Assembly: GCA_027083345.1 (NCBI GenBank)
Contig: JALWOZ010000012.1
Coordinates: 4,025-68,024, forward strand
Direction of reading: 5' to 3'
Length of the DNA stretch: 64,000 nt
From: Candidatus Kaiserbacteria bacterium
GTDB lineage: Bacteria > Patescibacteriota > Minisyncoccia > Phycocordibacterales > UBA2100
How positions within the stretch are numbered: position 1 is the first letter of the stretch; the number at the start of each line of letters is the position of its first letter. This document shows positions 36,729-47,092 of the stretch, piece by piece. A model generated the notes under the pieces. The model made no database searches. It was not told where the DNA came from and saw nothing but the letters and a program-made list of their open reading frames with translations. Position numbers and translations under genes: made by a program.

Positions 36729-37862
36729 CTAAGCTCCTAAAAACTCTTTATCTAACAAATCTGGGTGGACTGCTCTACTATAGCGGTACATAGCCGTAAC
36801 CATTCCGAGTGCTAGTGCCTCTGCCACGAGATGCGAACCACCATAACTCATAAATGGTAGGGTTACTCCAGTAACTGGCAAAATACCAATATTCATTCCT
36901 ACATTAACAAAAAAATTGCTTACAAACACTGTTGCCACACCTATTGTAAACAAAGTCTCAAAATTTGTAACACCTCGCGAAGCAAAAAAGAGTATCCGCC
37001 ATATTATTATGGCAAAAAGTATAAAGAATATTAATGCACCTACAAAACCCCACTCTTCTACAAAAGCGGCAAATATGAAGTCAGTCTCGTATTCGGGTAA
37101 GAATTTTAGCTTACTTTGAGTACCATAACCCAACCCCTTACCAAGTACTCCACCAGAGCCCACAGCAATGGTAGACTGATATGCATTGTAACCTGCACCT
37201 CGCACATCTGCTAAAGGATGTACAAAAGATATAATTCTATCTCTTTGATAATCTTGAAAAACAAATTGCCAAGCACCACCTACCGCAACTGCTCCTAAAA
37301 TAAAGATTACTGCCAGATGCTTCTTAGATATACCAGAAGCAAGGACTACGCCAAACCAAATTAAAGCTATTATCATAGCAGACCCAAAGTCAGGCTGTAA
37401 TAATATTAAAGCAAATATGACAAAAGCATATACTCCCGAAACTATAACATGTCTAATACTAGCTATCTCAACATGTCTGCGAGAGAAATATTTTGCCAAT
37501 ACCAACACCACAGCAAGCTTAGCTAACTCACTAGGTTGCACGGCAAAAGCACCTAAATCTATCCAAGATTGGGCTCCTTGAAAGGCACTACCTATGACAA
37601 ACATAAAAATAAGTAAGATAACTACTCCCAAATATATAGCCGTAACAACTTCACTCCTCCGTAAAAATCTATAATCTATAAAACTAGATATTAAAAAAAC
37701 CAAGGTTGATACGCCTAGCCATATAAGTTGTTTTTGTACAAATATATTAGAATTCAAAGAGCTCATAGCAGATAAGCCAAAGAAGGAAACCAGTAAAACA
37801 CTTATCATTAACGCCGGATCTATTAAGGAGAAAGTATACTTAAAAAAGTTATTAACTCTCAT
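36729..37862 (-). CDS. ftsW: SEDS-family peptidoglycan glycosyltransferase FtsW/RodA.
   Basis: It has ten TM segments and a conserved C-terminal block (GGSHLVAEALALGMV). Confidence 0.75.
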   Translation of the reverse strand: MRVNNFFKYTFSLIDPALMISVLLVSFFGLSAMSSLNSNIFVQKQLIWLGVSTLVFLISSFIDYRFLRRSEVVTAIYLGVVILLIFMFVIGSAFQGAQSWIDLGAFAVQPSELAKLAVVLVLAKYFSRRHVEIASIRHVIVSGVYAFVIFALILLQPDFGSAMIIALIWFGVVLASGISKKHLAVIFILGAVAVGGAWQFVFQDYQRDRIISFVHPLADVRGAGYNAYQSTIAVGSGGVLGKGLGYGTQSKLKFLPEYETDFIFAAFVEEWGFVGALIFFILFAIIIWRILFFASRGVTNFETLFTIGVATVFVSNFFVNVGMNIGILPVTGVTLPFMSYGGSHLVAEALALGMVTAMYRYSRAVHPDLLDKEFLGA

Positions 37863-37864
37863 AA

Positions 37865-38671
37865 TTATAAAGAGTCTACTGGTGGTAAGAGTGGTACTAT
37901 ATCTACCCTTGATACAAATGTCCCAAGAGACTTAGGCCAAGTAAAGACTATCTTTCTATCTGAGTCTGGAGGTAAGAGATCTATAACAGTACGAGATGCT
38001 CCTACAGCATTACCTGCCCTATCAAACAGTGTTGCCACAACCACTAAATTATGCAATGAGTAGACTCCTCTATTTTGTATTTTTGCAGATAATCTTGGTA
38101 AACCGTTGGCTATCTTAAACTCTTTCTCTGCTACTGAGACTTCTGCTATTAGGTCTGACTTCATCTTCTCCCATACCGGTCTTTGCGTAAACTCAAAAAT
38201 AGTTCTCTTTGGGACCCTCTTACCTGTTTGTAAATTACCCTCAAATATAGGCACTACCTTGCTAGGAGGTATAAACGTCTCTCCACTACGCTCGGTTATA
38301 ATTATGTTGTCTTCATCATATAACTTAAAGGTATATTTGATATTACGTATACCTCCTCTAGTATTAGGATTTTCTACATAAGCTACAGAACTATACAATC
38401 CGGGCACTACCATAAAAGACCTTGCCCACTTATTTAATAATGGTTTTAAATCTGCTGGGTTTAAATAACGACATGGCCCACCAAGATCAACAGCGGTCTC
38501 ACCTTGATTTTGTATCCCATCAAAACAAGTCAAAGGAGGGTTCAGAAATTTATATATACTAGAAGCAGACAAAGCAAGAATGATCAATATAAATATAGAG
38601 ATATATATAAACCTCATCTTATTTGCCCATCTTTTACTCATGATATTAAAATTGTACCATAATTTTAGCAT
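37865..38671 (-). CDS. Membrane-anchored hypothetical protein, probably in an operon with ftsW (the two genes are 2 nt apart).
   Basis: It has an N-terminal TM helix. No family was recognised. Confidence 0.35.
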   Translation of the reverse strand: MLKLWYNFNIMSKRWANKMRFIYISIFILIILALSASSIYKFLNPPLTCFDGIQNQGETAVDLGGPCRYLNPADLKPLLNKWARSFMVVPGLYSSVAYVENPNTRGGIRNIKYTFKLYDEDNIIITERSGETFIPPSKVVPIFEGNLQTGKRVPKRTIFEFTQRPVWEKMKSDLIAEVSVAEKEFKIANGLPRLSAKIQNRGVYSLHNLVVVATLFDRAGNAVGASRTVIDLLPPDSDRKIVFTWPKSLGTFVSRVDIVPLLPPVDSL

Positions 38672-38708
38672 TAATTAGAATAGATAATATAACCTACTCA
38701 AGCTTTAG

Positions 38709-39788
38709 TTAAAGATGTGTGGGCTTATCTATTAATTTAACATCTATGTTAGTATCATCACCACTAATTTTAAATACATCTTTATCTATCTTCTCCAACT
38801 CTTTCGACGAATTATTATAGTGGTTAACCACAGTGCCTAATTGCGTGCCCAATTTATTATGATACTCATTATATTTATCTAAATGTTTACCAAGTTTACT
38901 CACATTTTTAATAATATCTTGCGCCTTCTCCTCTACCTCTAGGGCCTTGAGTCCTTGCAAAACTGTCTGCAGATATGCTAAGAAGGAGGTCGGGGACACT
39001 ATAATGACTTTATATTCTCGTGCTGACTTTTGTAAAAGGTTCTCATCTCCTCCTATCTTATTAGTCAATAGGTCATAATATATGCCCTCACTTGGTATAA
39101 ACATAAAAGCAAATTCCATTGTCCCATCCTGCGGTTTTATATACTTACTCGTCTCTTTGATACGGAGTTTTAAATCATTAACAAAAGACTTCTCTAAGAC
39201 TAGCCTCTCCTCCCCCTCACTCTCTATCATTCTATTATAATTTTCTAAAGAGAATTTAGAGTCTATAGGTACAACCTTATCTTTAACAAAAACCACTGCA
39301 TCTACTATCTCTCCACTTGGGAATGCGTATTGGATCTTATAACTCTCGGGAGGTAATACATTTTGTAATACAGTTTCAAGATAATACTCCCCAAGTACCC
39401 CACGTTGCTTGGGGTTTTGCAATACTTGACTGAGGTTTTTTAATTGTTCTGAGAAACCTATAACCTGCTTATTAGTCTCACCAAGCTTGGTGAGTCCCTC
39501 AGTAACCTCACGTACAATCCTAGTGCTCTCTCCTAACTGAGCCTTAACAGAGGCATTGATATCTCTAGAGCTCTCTCCCAATTTATAGTCAAAAGTCTTA
39601 CGCATCTCTTGTAATTCCTTCTGCAAAAAGTTAAAACCATCTTGCATACGTTGAGCTTGTATATCTGAATTATTATTATCTTTTAAGTTAAGCCTACTCC
39701 TTTTTAAGATAAAAAATACCAAAAATATATTAAATAGAGCAAAAGAGGATACTAATATCCCTATAACTATATAATCAATCATCTGCAT
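38709..39788 (-). CDS. rmuC: DNA recombination protein RmuC.
   Basis: It has an N-terminal TM helix and a coiled coil. The C-terminal block MEFAFMFIPSEGIYYDLL resembles the RmuC core. Confidence 0.65.
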   Translation of the reverse strand: MQMIDYIVIGILVSSFALFNIFLVFFILKRSRLNLKDNNNSDIQAQRMQDGFNFLQKELQEMRKTFDYKLGESSRDINASVKAQLGESTRIVREVTEGLTKLGETNKQVIGFSEQLKNLSQVLQNPKQRGVLGEYYLETVLQNVLPPESYKIQYAFPSGEIVDAVVFVKDKVVPIDSKFSLENYNRMIESEGEERLVLEKSFVNDLKLRIKETSKYIKPQDGTMEFAFMFIPSEGIYYDLLTNKIGGDENLLQKSAREYKVIIVSPTSFLAYLQTVLQGLKALEVEEKAQDIIKNVSKLGKHLDKYNEYHNKLGTQLGTVVNHYNNSSKELEKIDKDVFKISGDDTNIDVKLIDKPTHL

Positions 39789-39806
39789 ATTGACAGTATA
39801 TCATAT

Positions 39807-42470
39807 CTACAACCTCTTGCGCACAAAGACAACTTTAGCTACCTCTACTACTATCACATTAGCTACCCCTAATAAAAGTAGAAGTAATGCACTTGTAATA
39901 GAGATAGGTTCTATTGACAAAAGAAGCATAATAGGTGGCCATGTTATAGCCAAAAATAATAACAAAGTAGACACAGCCATAGCTATCAACAAAAAACTAT
40001 TAGATAATAACGTTGTTCTCCACACAGGCCTTTTTAAGCTTTTGAATGAGAAGGCAAGGAATATAGAGTCTAGTGATATGGCAACAAACATTACAGTACG
40101 TAACTCTTGTAGACCCAAATGCATATAATTAAGAATAGCATATAAAACTATCAACAACCCTCCCGTAAACAGAGAGATAAATATTATCATCTTACCGACT
40201 CCGCCCTCTAAGAGAGAGTTGCTGCTGTTTCTAGTTTTACTCTCCATAAGTCCTTCATCGGCAGGCTCAAAAGCAAAAGGAAAACTCATAAACCCTCCTC
40301 CTATTATATTAGCCCATAATATTTGAGCAGGTAATAAAGGTAATTGTAACCCCGCTACCATACTCCCACCTATTAAGATAATATCACTAGCACTAGTGGT
40401 TAACAAATAACTAACTATCTTACGCATGTTTGAGAATGCCCTTCTACCCTCTTTAATAGCCTCTATTATAGTAACAAAACTACCTGAAGTGAGAATTATA
40501 TCTGATGCATCCTTAGCTACCTCAGTACCATTGCCCTGTGCTATCCCTATATCAGCCGAGACTAAAGAAGGTGCATCATTAACTCCGTCTCCTGTCATAG
40601 CAACAACTTCTCCGGCTTCTTTTAGAATGGTTATCAATCTTAACTTTTGATCTGGTAACATCCTAGCGAATATACTGTCATTGTGTACCGCCAGCAAGAT
40701 AGCCTCATCTGCCAAAGTATCAAAATCTCTACCCAAAACTATGTTAGCCGAATTCAACCCAGCTTTCTCCGCCACCGATTTAGCTGTCTCACTATAATCT
40801 CCCGTAGCCATTATAACCTTTATACCGGCATTTTTAGCTGTTTTTATAGCCTCCGATACATCATCTCTTAAAGAATCAGAAAAAGAAAGTAGCCCACAAA
40901 AAGTAAAACCTAAAGACTCGCCCTCCTCTGGATCTTTAATATCCTCAGGTATAACACACTCAACACTGTCTCTATATCCAATCGCTGTAAACCCTTTACC
41001 TTTTAGACTCAATTCTTTTTGTAACTTAGTATAGTCTTCTCTTATATCACTCGTTAAAGGCTTCCTCTCTCCATTGTGCAGATAATGGGTAGAATGTTCT
41101 AATATATGCTCTGGGGATCCTGTTATATACACTCTAGATTTATTGCTAAAAACATTGAGAGAGATAGCGTACCTGCGCTTTGATTCAAATTGTACAAATT
41201 CTAATCTATTATTACCTTGTGCAAATAACTCATCTTGTTGTAAACCGGAAAGCATTGCTCCTTTTATTATAGCCTGCTCAATGGGTCTACCATGTACTAT
41301 GTTTTTACCATCTTCGTCTATACTAATAAAAGCGTCCGACGCTAAGACAGCAAACTTTACCACACTTAAAGCATCTCCTTCAACATCTTTTATAGGTATA
41401 GATTTAATAACTCCAGAATTAGCTATATGCACTTGCTCTAGCTCCATAGCCCCTTTTGTTAAAGTACCTGTTTTATCTGTTACTATAACTGTCGTAGAGC
41501 CTAGTGTCTCTGTTGCCATTAAGTTCTTAACCAACCCTCCTTTACGCATAACAGACTCCATTGCCACTGCCAAAACAACAGTAACAGCTGCCGGCAAGCC
41601 TTCAGGCATAGCAGCCACTGCAACAGCTACCGCTAATAATAACATATCGGCCACACTACCTCCTCTCAAAATACCAAGTGTAAATATAATAGCGATTATT
41701 ATACCTATGGCTATAACAATATTGTAAGCTAATGCTGTGATACTCTTACTTAAAGCCGTGTCCTTAGACTCGACACTCTTTGTTATTAAAGCTAAATCTC
41801 CCAATAATGTCTCAGACCCTGTCGCAACAACTACACCAACACAAAATCCTTCAACTATAGAAGTCCCCATAAAAACCATATTAGATTGTTCAGAGACTGG
41901 CAAATCTACGTCTTTTAAAATGCCTAGAGATTTCTTAACAGGCTTCAACTCTCCAGTAATGGGAGATTCATTAACTTGGAGTCCTGAGCTACTTACCAGC
42001 CTAATATCAGCAGGCACCTTATCTCCTCCGCTTAAATATACTACATCTCCCGGTACTAACCCTATAGAGCTTATCTCTATCTTAACCCCATCTCTTAAAA
42101 CAATAACTGTAGAATACGCTGTCTTAGATATATTCTCTAAGACTCTAGTAGATTTATCCTCTTGTAAAATACCTATACCTACGCTCGTAAGTATGGCTAA
42201 AAACATAACCATAGCATCAGCATAAGACGCCAAAAAAATAGTAACGATAAATGATACTAATAATATCAATACTAACGGTGAGGAAAATTGTCTAATAATA
42301 ACACGAAGTATATTATATCTATTGACTCTCTTTAAGGTGTTCTCTCCAAACTCTTTTTGCAAGAATTGTATTTGCCCCATAGACAAACCTTTACTAATAT
42401 TTGTGTTTAAAGCCTTCTCAATCCCTTTAATACTCCTAGTGTGCCAAGCTATTTTACTATTATTTAGCAT
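39807..42470 (-). CDS. P-type cation-transporting ATPase (type II, Ca2+/Mg2+-like).
   Basis: It has the phosphorylation motif DKTGTLT, the TGES-like actuator motif, the hinge GDGVNDAPSL, and ten TM segments. Confidence 0.85.
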   Translation of the reverse strand: MLNNSKIAWHTRSIKGIEKALNTNISKGLSMGQIQFLQKEFGENTLKRVNRYNILRVIIRQFSSPLVLILLVSFIVTIFLASYADAMVMFLAILTSVGIGILQEDKSTRVLENISKTAYSTVIVLRDGVKIEISSIGLVPGDVVYLSGGDKVPADIRLVSSSGLQVNESPITGELKPVKKSLGILKDVDLPVSEQSNMVFMGTSIVEGFCVGVVVATGSETLLGDLALITKSVESKDTALSKSITALAYNIVIAIGIIIAIIFTLGILRGGSVADMLLLAVAVAVAAMPEGLPAAVTVVLAVAMESVMRKGGLVKNLMATETLGSTTVIVTDKTGTLTKGAMELEQVHIANSGVIKSIPIKDVEGDALSVVKFAVLASDAFISIDEDGKNIVHGRPIEQAIIKGAMLSGLQQDELFAQGNNRLEFVQFESKRRYAISLNVFSNKSRVYITGSPEHILEHSTHYLHNGERKPLTSDIREDYTKLQKELSLKGKGFTAIGYRDSVECVIPEDIKDPEEGESLGFTFCGLLSFSDSLRDDVSEAIKTAKNAGIKVIMATGDYSETAKSVAEKAGLNSANIVLGRDFDTLADEAILLAVHNDSIFARMLPDQKLRLITILKEAGEVVAMTGDGVNDAPSLVSADIGIAQGNGTEVAKDASDIILTSGSFVTIIEAIKEGRRAFSNMRKIVSYLLTTSASDIILIGGSMVAGLQLPLLPAQILWANIIGGGFMSFPFAFEPADEGLMESKTRNSSNSLLEGGVGKMIIFISLFTGGLLIVLYAILNYMHLGLQELRTVMFVAISLDSIFLAFSFKSLKRPVWRTTLLSNSFLLIAMAVSTLLLFLAITWPPIMLLLSIEPISITSALLLLLLGVANVIVVEVAKVVFVRKRL

Positions 42471-42528
42471 AATATGTTATTATAGCAGGTACTGATACAA
42501 AGATATTAAATTATTAACAAAATAAAAT

Positions 42529-42987
42529 ATGAAAGAAAAAATACGAGAAGCGATGAAAGATGCCATGCGCAATAAAGATATGGAAAGGGTTACTGTACTG
42601 CGAGGACTGCTTGCCAATTTTACCAATGAGCTTGTAGCACAAAAGCGTCCACCAACAGAGGAGCTCTCTGAGGCAGACATACTCAAAGTACTCAAGCGCG
42701 CAGCAAAGCAACGTAAAGATAGCATTGAGCAATTCACCAAAGGCGGTAGACAAGAGCTTGCAGATAAAGAACAACGAGAATTAGAGATTATAGAAGTTTA
42801 TCTACCTGAGACTGTTAGCATAGAGGAGATTGAAAAAGTTGTACAAAACAAGATAGATGAACTTGGTATAGACCCTTCGACGGACTCAAGACAAGCTGGC
42901 AAGCTTATGGGCGCTGTGATGAAGGAGCTTGCCGGCAATGCCGATGGTAATGATGTTAAAGAGGTTGTTACTAAACTACTTGCATAA
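42529..42987 (+). CDS. yqeY: GatB/YqeY domain protein.
   Basis: It shows global similarity to YqeY (MKEKIREAMKDAMRNKD...). Confidence 0.7.
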   Translation: MKEKIREAMKDAMRNKDMERVTVLRGLLANFTNELVAQKRPPTEELSEADILKVLKRAAKQRKDSIEQFTKGGRQELADKEQRELEIIEVYLPETVSIEEIEKVVQNKIDELGIDPSTDSRQAGKLMGAVMKELAGNADGNDVKEVVTKLLA

Positions 42988-43011
42988 AGATTAAATAAAT
43001 GATATAAAAAG

Positions 43012-43105
43012 GGTCGGTGAGGTCTTCGTAACGAAGACCTCGGGTCAACAAGGAATCGTAAAATTCCGAGAAAGACCCGAGTAATCTAACAAGACCTCGC
43101 CGACC
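43012..43105 (+). ncRNA. GC-rich structured RNA element with mutually exclusive pairings. Either a 13-bp outer stem forms (GGTCGGTGAGGTC / GACCTCGCCGACC), or a local 10-bp hairpin forms (GAGGTCTTCG-TAA-CGAAGACCTC), alongside a second stem (CTCGGGTC...GACCCGAG).
   Basis: All of these complementarities are visible in the sequence. The element lies in the yqeY 3' region, just upstream of a terminator. The strand is assumed from that terminator. Confidence 0.3.
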
Positions 43106-43109
43106 ACAA

Positions 43110-43138
43110 CCGTAGACTCTGTTCTACGGTTTTTATTT
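43110..43138 (+). terminator. Rho-independent terminator ccgtaga-N6-tctacgg followed by T5.
   Basis: The hairpin plus T-run are visible. Confidence 0.6.
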
Positions 43139-43159
43139 TATATAATAATAATTTAACTA

Positions 43160-44491
43160 CTACTTAGAAAGGAGTGTGTCAATCCTATTCATATCTCGAG
43201 GGAAGAGGCTTGCCTCGCGCACATTACCTATACCTAAGAATTTCTCTGTCAGACGCTCAAGCCCCATACCAATACCTCCATGCGGAGGTAATCCGTACTT
43301 AAATGCCTGCAAATAAAACTCGAATGCCTCTGGCTTAAGACCCTTATCTTTAATCTTCTGTACCAATTCGTCATAATTATGTACTCTCTGCCCACCACTA
43401 ACTATCTCAACACCACGAAAGAGTAAGTCAAAGCTCTTTGTGAACCCTTTATCCTCCTCGTCTTCATAAGTGTAGAATGGTCTCTTGTTCACAGGATAAT
43501 GAGTTATAAAGATAAAGTCGCTACCAAGCGTCTCCTTTGCATATTTGCATAAAAACTTCTCATGACTTGGCTCAAGGTCTGGCTCCCCAGTACAATCCTC
43601 ACCGGTCTCGCTCTTTATAATCTCCTGCGCCTCACTAAGCTTCATAAACGGAATCTCATTCGGCACAAGTGGTAACTCTACTCCAAAGTCATTAAGGGTT
43701 TCTTTATGTTCTGCCTCCACTGCGCTCACTATGCCCTTAATAACCTTTGTAAGCATTTCCATAACATCTCTATGGTCATTTATAAATGCCATCTCAAAAT
43801 CTATTGACGTGTACTCACTTAGGTGTCTTGTTGTTGCACTCTTCTCTGCTCTAAATACTTTAGTTGTGGCAAACACTCTCTCAAATACTCCGGTCATCAT
43901 CTGCTTATAAAGTTGCGGGCTTGATGCTAGGTATGCTGTACAATCTTTAAAGTACTCAAGCTTAAACACATCTGCCCCACCCTCTGCATCACCCCCAACG
44001 ATCGCAGGCGCTTGAAACTCTGTAAAACCATTACCATTAAGAGTCTGCCTAAAGGCTTTAAGTATTGTGGCCTGCAAGGCGAATGTCCTGCGTGCCCTAT
44101 CTCTACGGAGTGTAAGTGGCAGATTATCAAGATAAGTATCTTGATTAAGCTCAGTCTCTATGTCAAACGGCAGCTCCGCAGCCTCACTAAGTACCTTAAC
44201 CTCTTTAATACCAAGCTCTAGCTCGCCATTGAGCTCGTCTTTACGCATCTTCTCTGGGCGCCCCTTAACCTCACCGACTATCTCTACCACCCATTGCTCA
44301 CGAAGCTTCTGACTCTCTGGTAAAGCTGTATCATTATAATCTGCACTTGCCACTGCCTGCACTGTGCCTGTCCTATCTCTCGGCACTATAAAGGCCACCT
44401 TGCCGTGATCGCGCACAGCGCTTACCCACCCGGCAACCTTCACATCCTCACCTATGTGATCTTTTAAGTCTTTTATCAATACTCTTTCCAT
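43160..44491 (-). CDS. asnS: Class IIb aminoacyl-tRNA synthetase, asparaginyl/aspartyl-tRNA synthetase type.
   Basis: It has an N-terminal OB-fold anticodon-binding domain. The motif 2-like FRAEKSATTRHLSEYTSIDFE and the motif 3 GGIGMGLERL are present. I cannot confidently separate AsnRS from archaeal-type AspRS. Confidence 0.65.
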   Translation of the reverse strand: MERVLIKDLKDHIGEDVKVAGWVSAVRDHGKVAFIVPRDRTGTVQAVASADYNDTALPESQKLREQWVVEIVGEVKGRPEKMRKDELNGELELGIKEVKVLSEAAELPFDIETELNQDTYLDNLPLTLRRDRARRTFALQATILKAFRQTLNGNGFTEFQAPAIVGGDAEGGADVFKLEYFKDCTAYLASSPQLYKQMMTGVFERVFATTKVFRAEKSATTRHLSEYTSIDFEMAFINDHRDVMEMLTKVIKGIVSAVEAEHKETLNDFGVELPLVPNEIPFMKLSEAQEIIKSETGEDCTGEPDLEPSHEKFLCKYAKETLGSDFIFITHYPVNKRPFYTYEDEEDKGFTKSFDLLFRGVEIVSGGQRVHNYDELVQKIKDKGLKPEAFEFYLQAFKYGLPPHGGIGMGLERLTEKFLGIGNVREASLFPRDMNRIDTLLSK

Positions 44492-44554
44492 ATTAATGTT
44501 ATTACAATTACTATTGAAGGAAATTTCAGAAACTATTTTGCAAACCCATTTTCC

Positions 44555-45502
44555 TTATAATACCACACCAAGTCGGTCGCGCACGAGCTGCATCTTGGCA
44601 TCTGCAAGCTCGTGCGCGATATTGGCGCCGTTATCTAATATCTCTTTCACACCCTCTACATCTTTTGCAATCTCAGCTCTACGCTCACGCATTGGCGCTA
44701 TAAATGCGTCAACATCCTCTGCCAATATACGCTTAAGCTCGCCATACTTGCCCTTATACTCCTCATATATTGGAGCAAGCTCCTCCTCACTCTTAAAGAG
44801 CTTGTGCAACGCATACACATTCTCCGGCCTATCTCCACTTGAGTCTGTTACTATCTTCTTCACTAATCTTTCTATCTCCTCTCTTGAAGCAAAGAGTGGT
44901 ATTGTATTGTCATAGCTCTTACTCATTTTACGCCCATCTAGCCCCGGCACCGTCTCTACACTTTCTACAATTATAGATTCAGGTAAAGTAAATATATCTC
45001 CATATATCTTATTAAACTTTTCTGCTATATCTCGTGTAAATTCTAAGTGCTGTTTTTGGTCCTTACCTACAGGCACTGCAGTAGCATCGTACAGCAAAAT
45101 GTCTGCCGCCATAAGTATAGGATAATTAAATGTACCTACATTAATGTCTACCCCCTTAGCCTCTGCATCTTTATATGCATGAGCTCGCTTTAAGTAGCCC
45201 ATCTGCACTATAGTATCAAACACCCAAGCAAGCTCAGTGTGTGCGGATATACGTGATTGTTGATACAATACAACATTCTTAGAATCTAAACCTATAGCTA
45301 GGTAGTCTATTATCAGATCTAATATATTCTGCCTCATCTCCTCTCTGTTTTGCAGAGTATTAAGTGCATGATAGTCAGCTATAAAGATAAAAACCTCATC
45401 ATACTCAGACTGCAACTCTACAAACTGCCTCATAGCACCGAAATAATTGCCTATATGTGGCCTACCAGACGGCTTTACTCCAGATAACATTCTCTCTTTC
45501 AT
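44555..45502 (-). CDS. trpS: Tryptophanyl-tRNA synthetase.
   Basis: It has HIGH-region PSGRPHIGNYFGA and KMSKS. The start is uncertain (ATG at 45502 or 45490; the track extends to 45520). Confidence 0.85.
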   Translation of the reverse strand: MKERMLSGVKPSGRPHIGNYFGAMRQFVELQSEYDEVFIFIADYHALNTLQNREEMRQNILDLIIDYLAIGLDSKNVVLYQQSRISAHTELAWVFDTIVQMGYLKRAHAYKDAEAKGVDINVGTFNYPILMAADILLYDATAVPVGKDQKQHLEFTRDIAEKFNKIYGDIFTLPESIIVESVETVPGLDGRKMSKSYDNTIPLFASREEIERLVKKIVTDSSGDRPENVYALHKLFKSEEELAPIYEEYKGKYGELKRILAEDVDAFIAPMRERRAEIAKDVEGVKEILDNGANIAHELADAKMQLVRDRLGVVL

Positions 45503-45541
45503 CACTAGCAATAGTAACAAGTATTATGGTATTATACAAAT

Positions 45542-47092
45542 ATGAGCAACTTTAAAATACCAACTTTACAAGAGGTTCTAGACCTATCAGAAATACACTC
45601 TAAAAATGACAAAGCTCTTGTGGGCAAGGCTTATAGTTTTGCGCAAGAAGCACATAAAGGGCAAAAACGATACTCTGGTGCTCCCTACTTTCAACACGTT
45701 GCTACTGTAGCCGAGTATCTTGCAGAACTTGGTATGGAGGCAACTGTTGTCAGCGCCGGCATATTACACGACACGGTAGAAGATACTGAGGTAGAATTAG
45801 ATGATATTAAAAAAGAGTTTGGACAAGAGGTAGCTCTGCTAGTAGACGGAGTTACAAAACTCGGAGAGGACAAAGTGAGATACAAGGGCACAGATAGACA
45901 TGTTGAGAGTTTGCGTAAGCTCTTCGCTGCTACGGCCACAGATGTGCGAGTGCTTATAATTAAGCTTATGGATAGGCTACACAATGCTCGTACACTACAA
46001 CATGTACCCCAACACAAAAGAGAAAGGATAGCTAAAGAGACTCTTGAGATATATGCCCCTATCGCCTTCCGTTTAGGAATGGGAGTTTTGCAAAAAGATC
46101 TAGAGGACGCGGCATTTCCCCACGCTGAACCAAAAGAATACAAGAAGGTTGCGCAGATATTAAAAGAGCGCAAAGCTGAGACAAAAAAGTGGTTAGACAA
46201 AGCACAAAAAGACATTCGTACAGAGCTTGCTAAAGCGGGCATACGCAACTTCCGCACTCAGAGACGAGTAAAAGGAGTCTATAGTCTATATAAGAAGTTA
46301 ATAAAAAAAGATTGGGATGACACAAAGATAAATGATATTTTAGCGTTAAGAATTATAGTAAACACGGTGGATGACTGCTACAAAGTCTTTGGAGTGGTGC
46401 ACAAAATATGGACTCCTGCACCGGGCAGGATTAAAGACTACATATCCAATCCTAAACCAAATGGCTATCAAAGCATCCACACCACAGTCAAGACAGACGT
46501 AGGAGGCTTTTTAGAAGTACAAATACGCACAGAGGAGATGCATCGCGAAGCACAATACGGTCTCGCCGCACATATGAATTACAAACTTGGTAAAACAAAT
46601 AAAGCTGGTAACTCGGTCTTTAGTTGGATAAGCCAATTACTACCTTCTAATAAACAACGCAAACATAAGGAGTACGCCGTAAAACGCTTAGGTAGTAATA
46701 CAGACAATACCGAGAAAGATACTCCCTATTGGCTCAAACTATTAGCAGAAGCTAAAGAATCTAAAGGGGAGGAATTTATACAAGATATGAAGGCGGACTT
46801 CTTCTCTCATCGTATATTTGTTTTTACTCCCGGGGGAGATGTTATAGACTTACCGGTAGGAGCAACACCCATAGACTTTGCATATTGCATACATTCTGAT
46901 GTTGGTGATCATTTAGCCAGCGCAAAAATAAATGGCAAAATGTCAGCAATAGACACAGAACTGCAAAACGGAGATTATGTAGATGTAACTACTAAAAAAA
47001 CATCTCACCCTACACGCAAATGGATAGACTCTACTAAAACAAATTTAGCAAAGCGTAAAATACGAGCCTACTTACAAGAGAACAAGAAGTAA
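45542..47092 (+). CDS. rel: RelA/SpoT-family (p)ppGpp synthetase/hydrolase with HD, synthetase and TGS domains and no ACT domain.
   Basis: It has the HD domain (HLLEVA-like, ILHDTVEDT), the synthetase motif RIKDYISNPKPNGYQSIHTTV, and the TGS segment IFVFTPGGDVIDLPVGATPIDFAY. Confidence 0.85.
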   Translation: MSNFKIPTLQEVLDLSEIHSKNDKALVGKAYSFAQEAHKGQKRYSGAPYFQHVATVAEYLAELGMEATVVSAGILHDTVEDTEVELDDIKKEFGQEVALLVDGVTKLGEDKVRYKGTDRHVESLRKLFAATATDVRVLIIKLMDRLHNARTLQHVPQHKRERIAKETLEIYAPIAFRLGMGVLQKDLEDAAFPHAEPKEYKKVAQILKERKAETKKWLDKAQKDIRTELAKAGIRNFRTQRRVKGVYSLYKKLIKKDWDDTKINDILALRIIVNTVDDCYKVFGVVHKIWTPAPGRIKDYISNPKPNGYQSIHTTVKTDVGGFLEVQIRTEEMHREAQYGLAAHMNYKLGKTNKAGNSVFSWISQLLPSNKQRKHKEYAVKRLGSNTDNTEKDTPYWLKLLAEAKESKGEEFIQDMKADFFSHRIFVFTPGGDVIDLPVGATPIDFAYCIHSDVGDHLASAKINGKMSAIDTELQNGDYVDVTTKKTSHPTRKWIDSTKTNLAKRKIRAYLQENKK

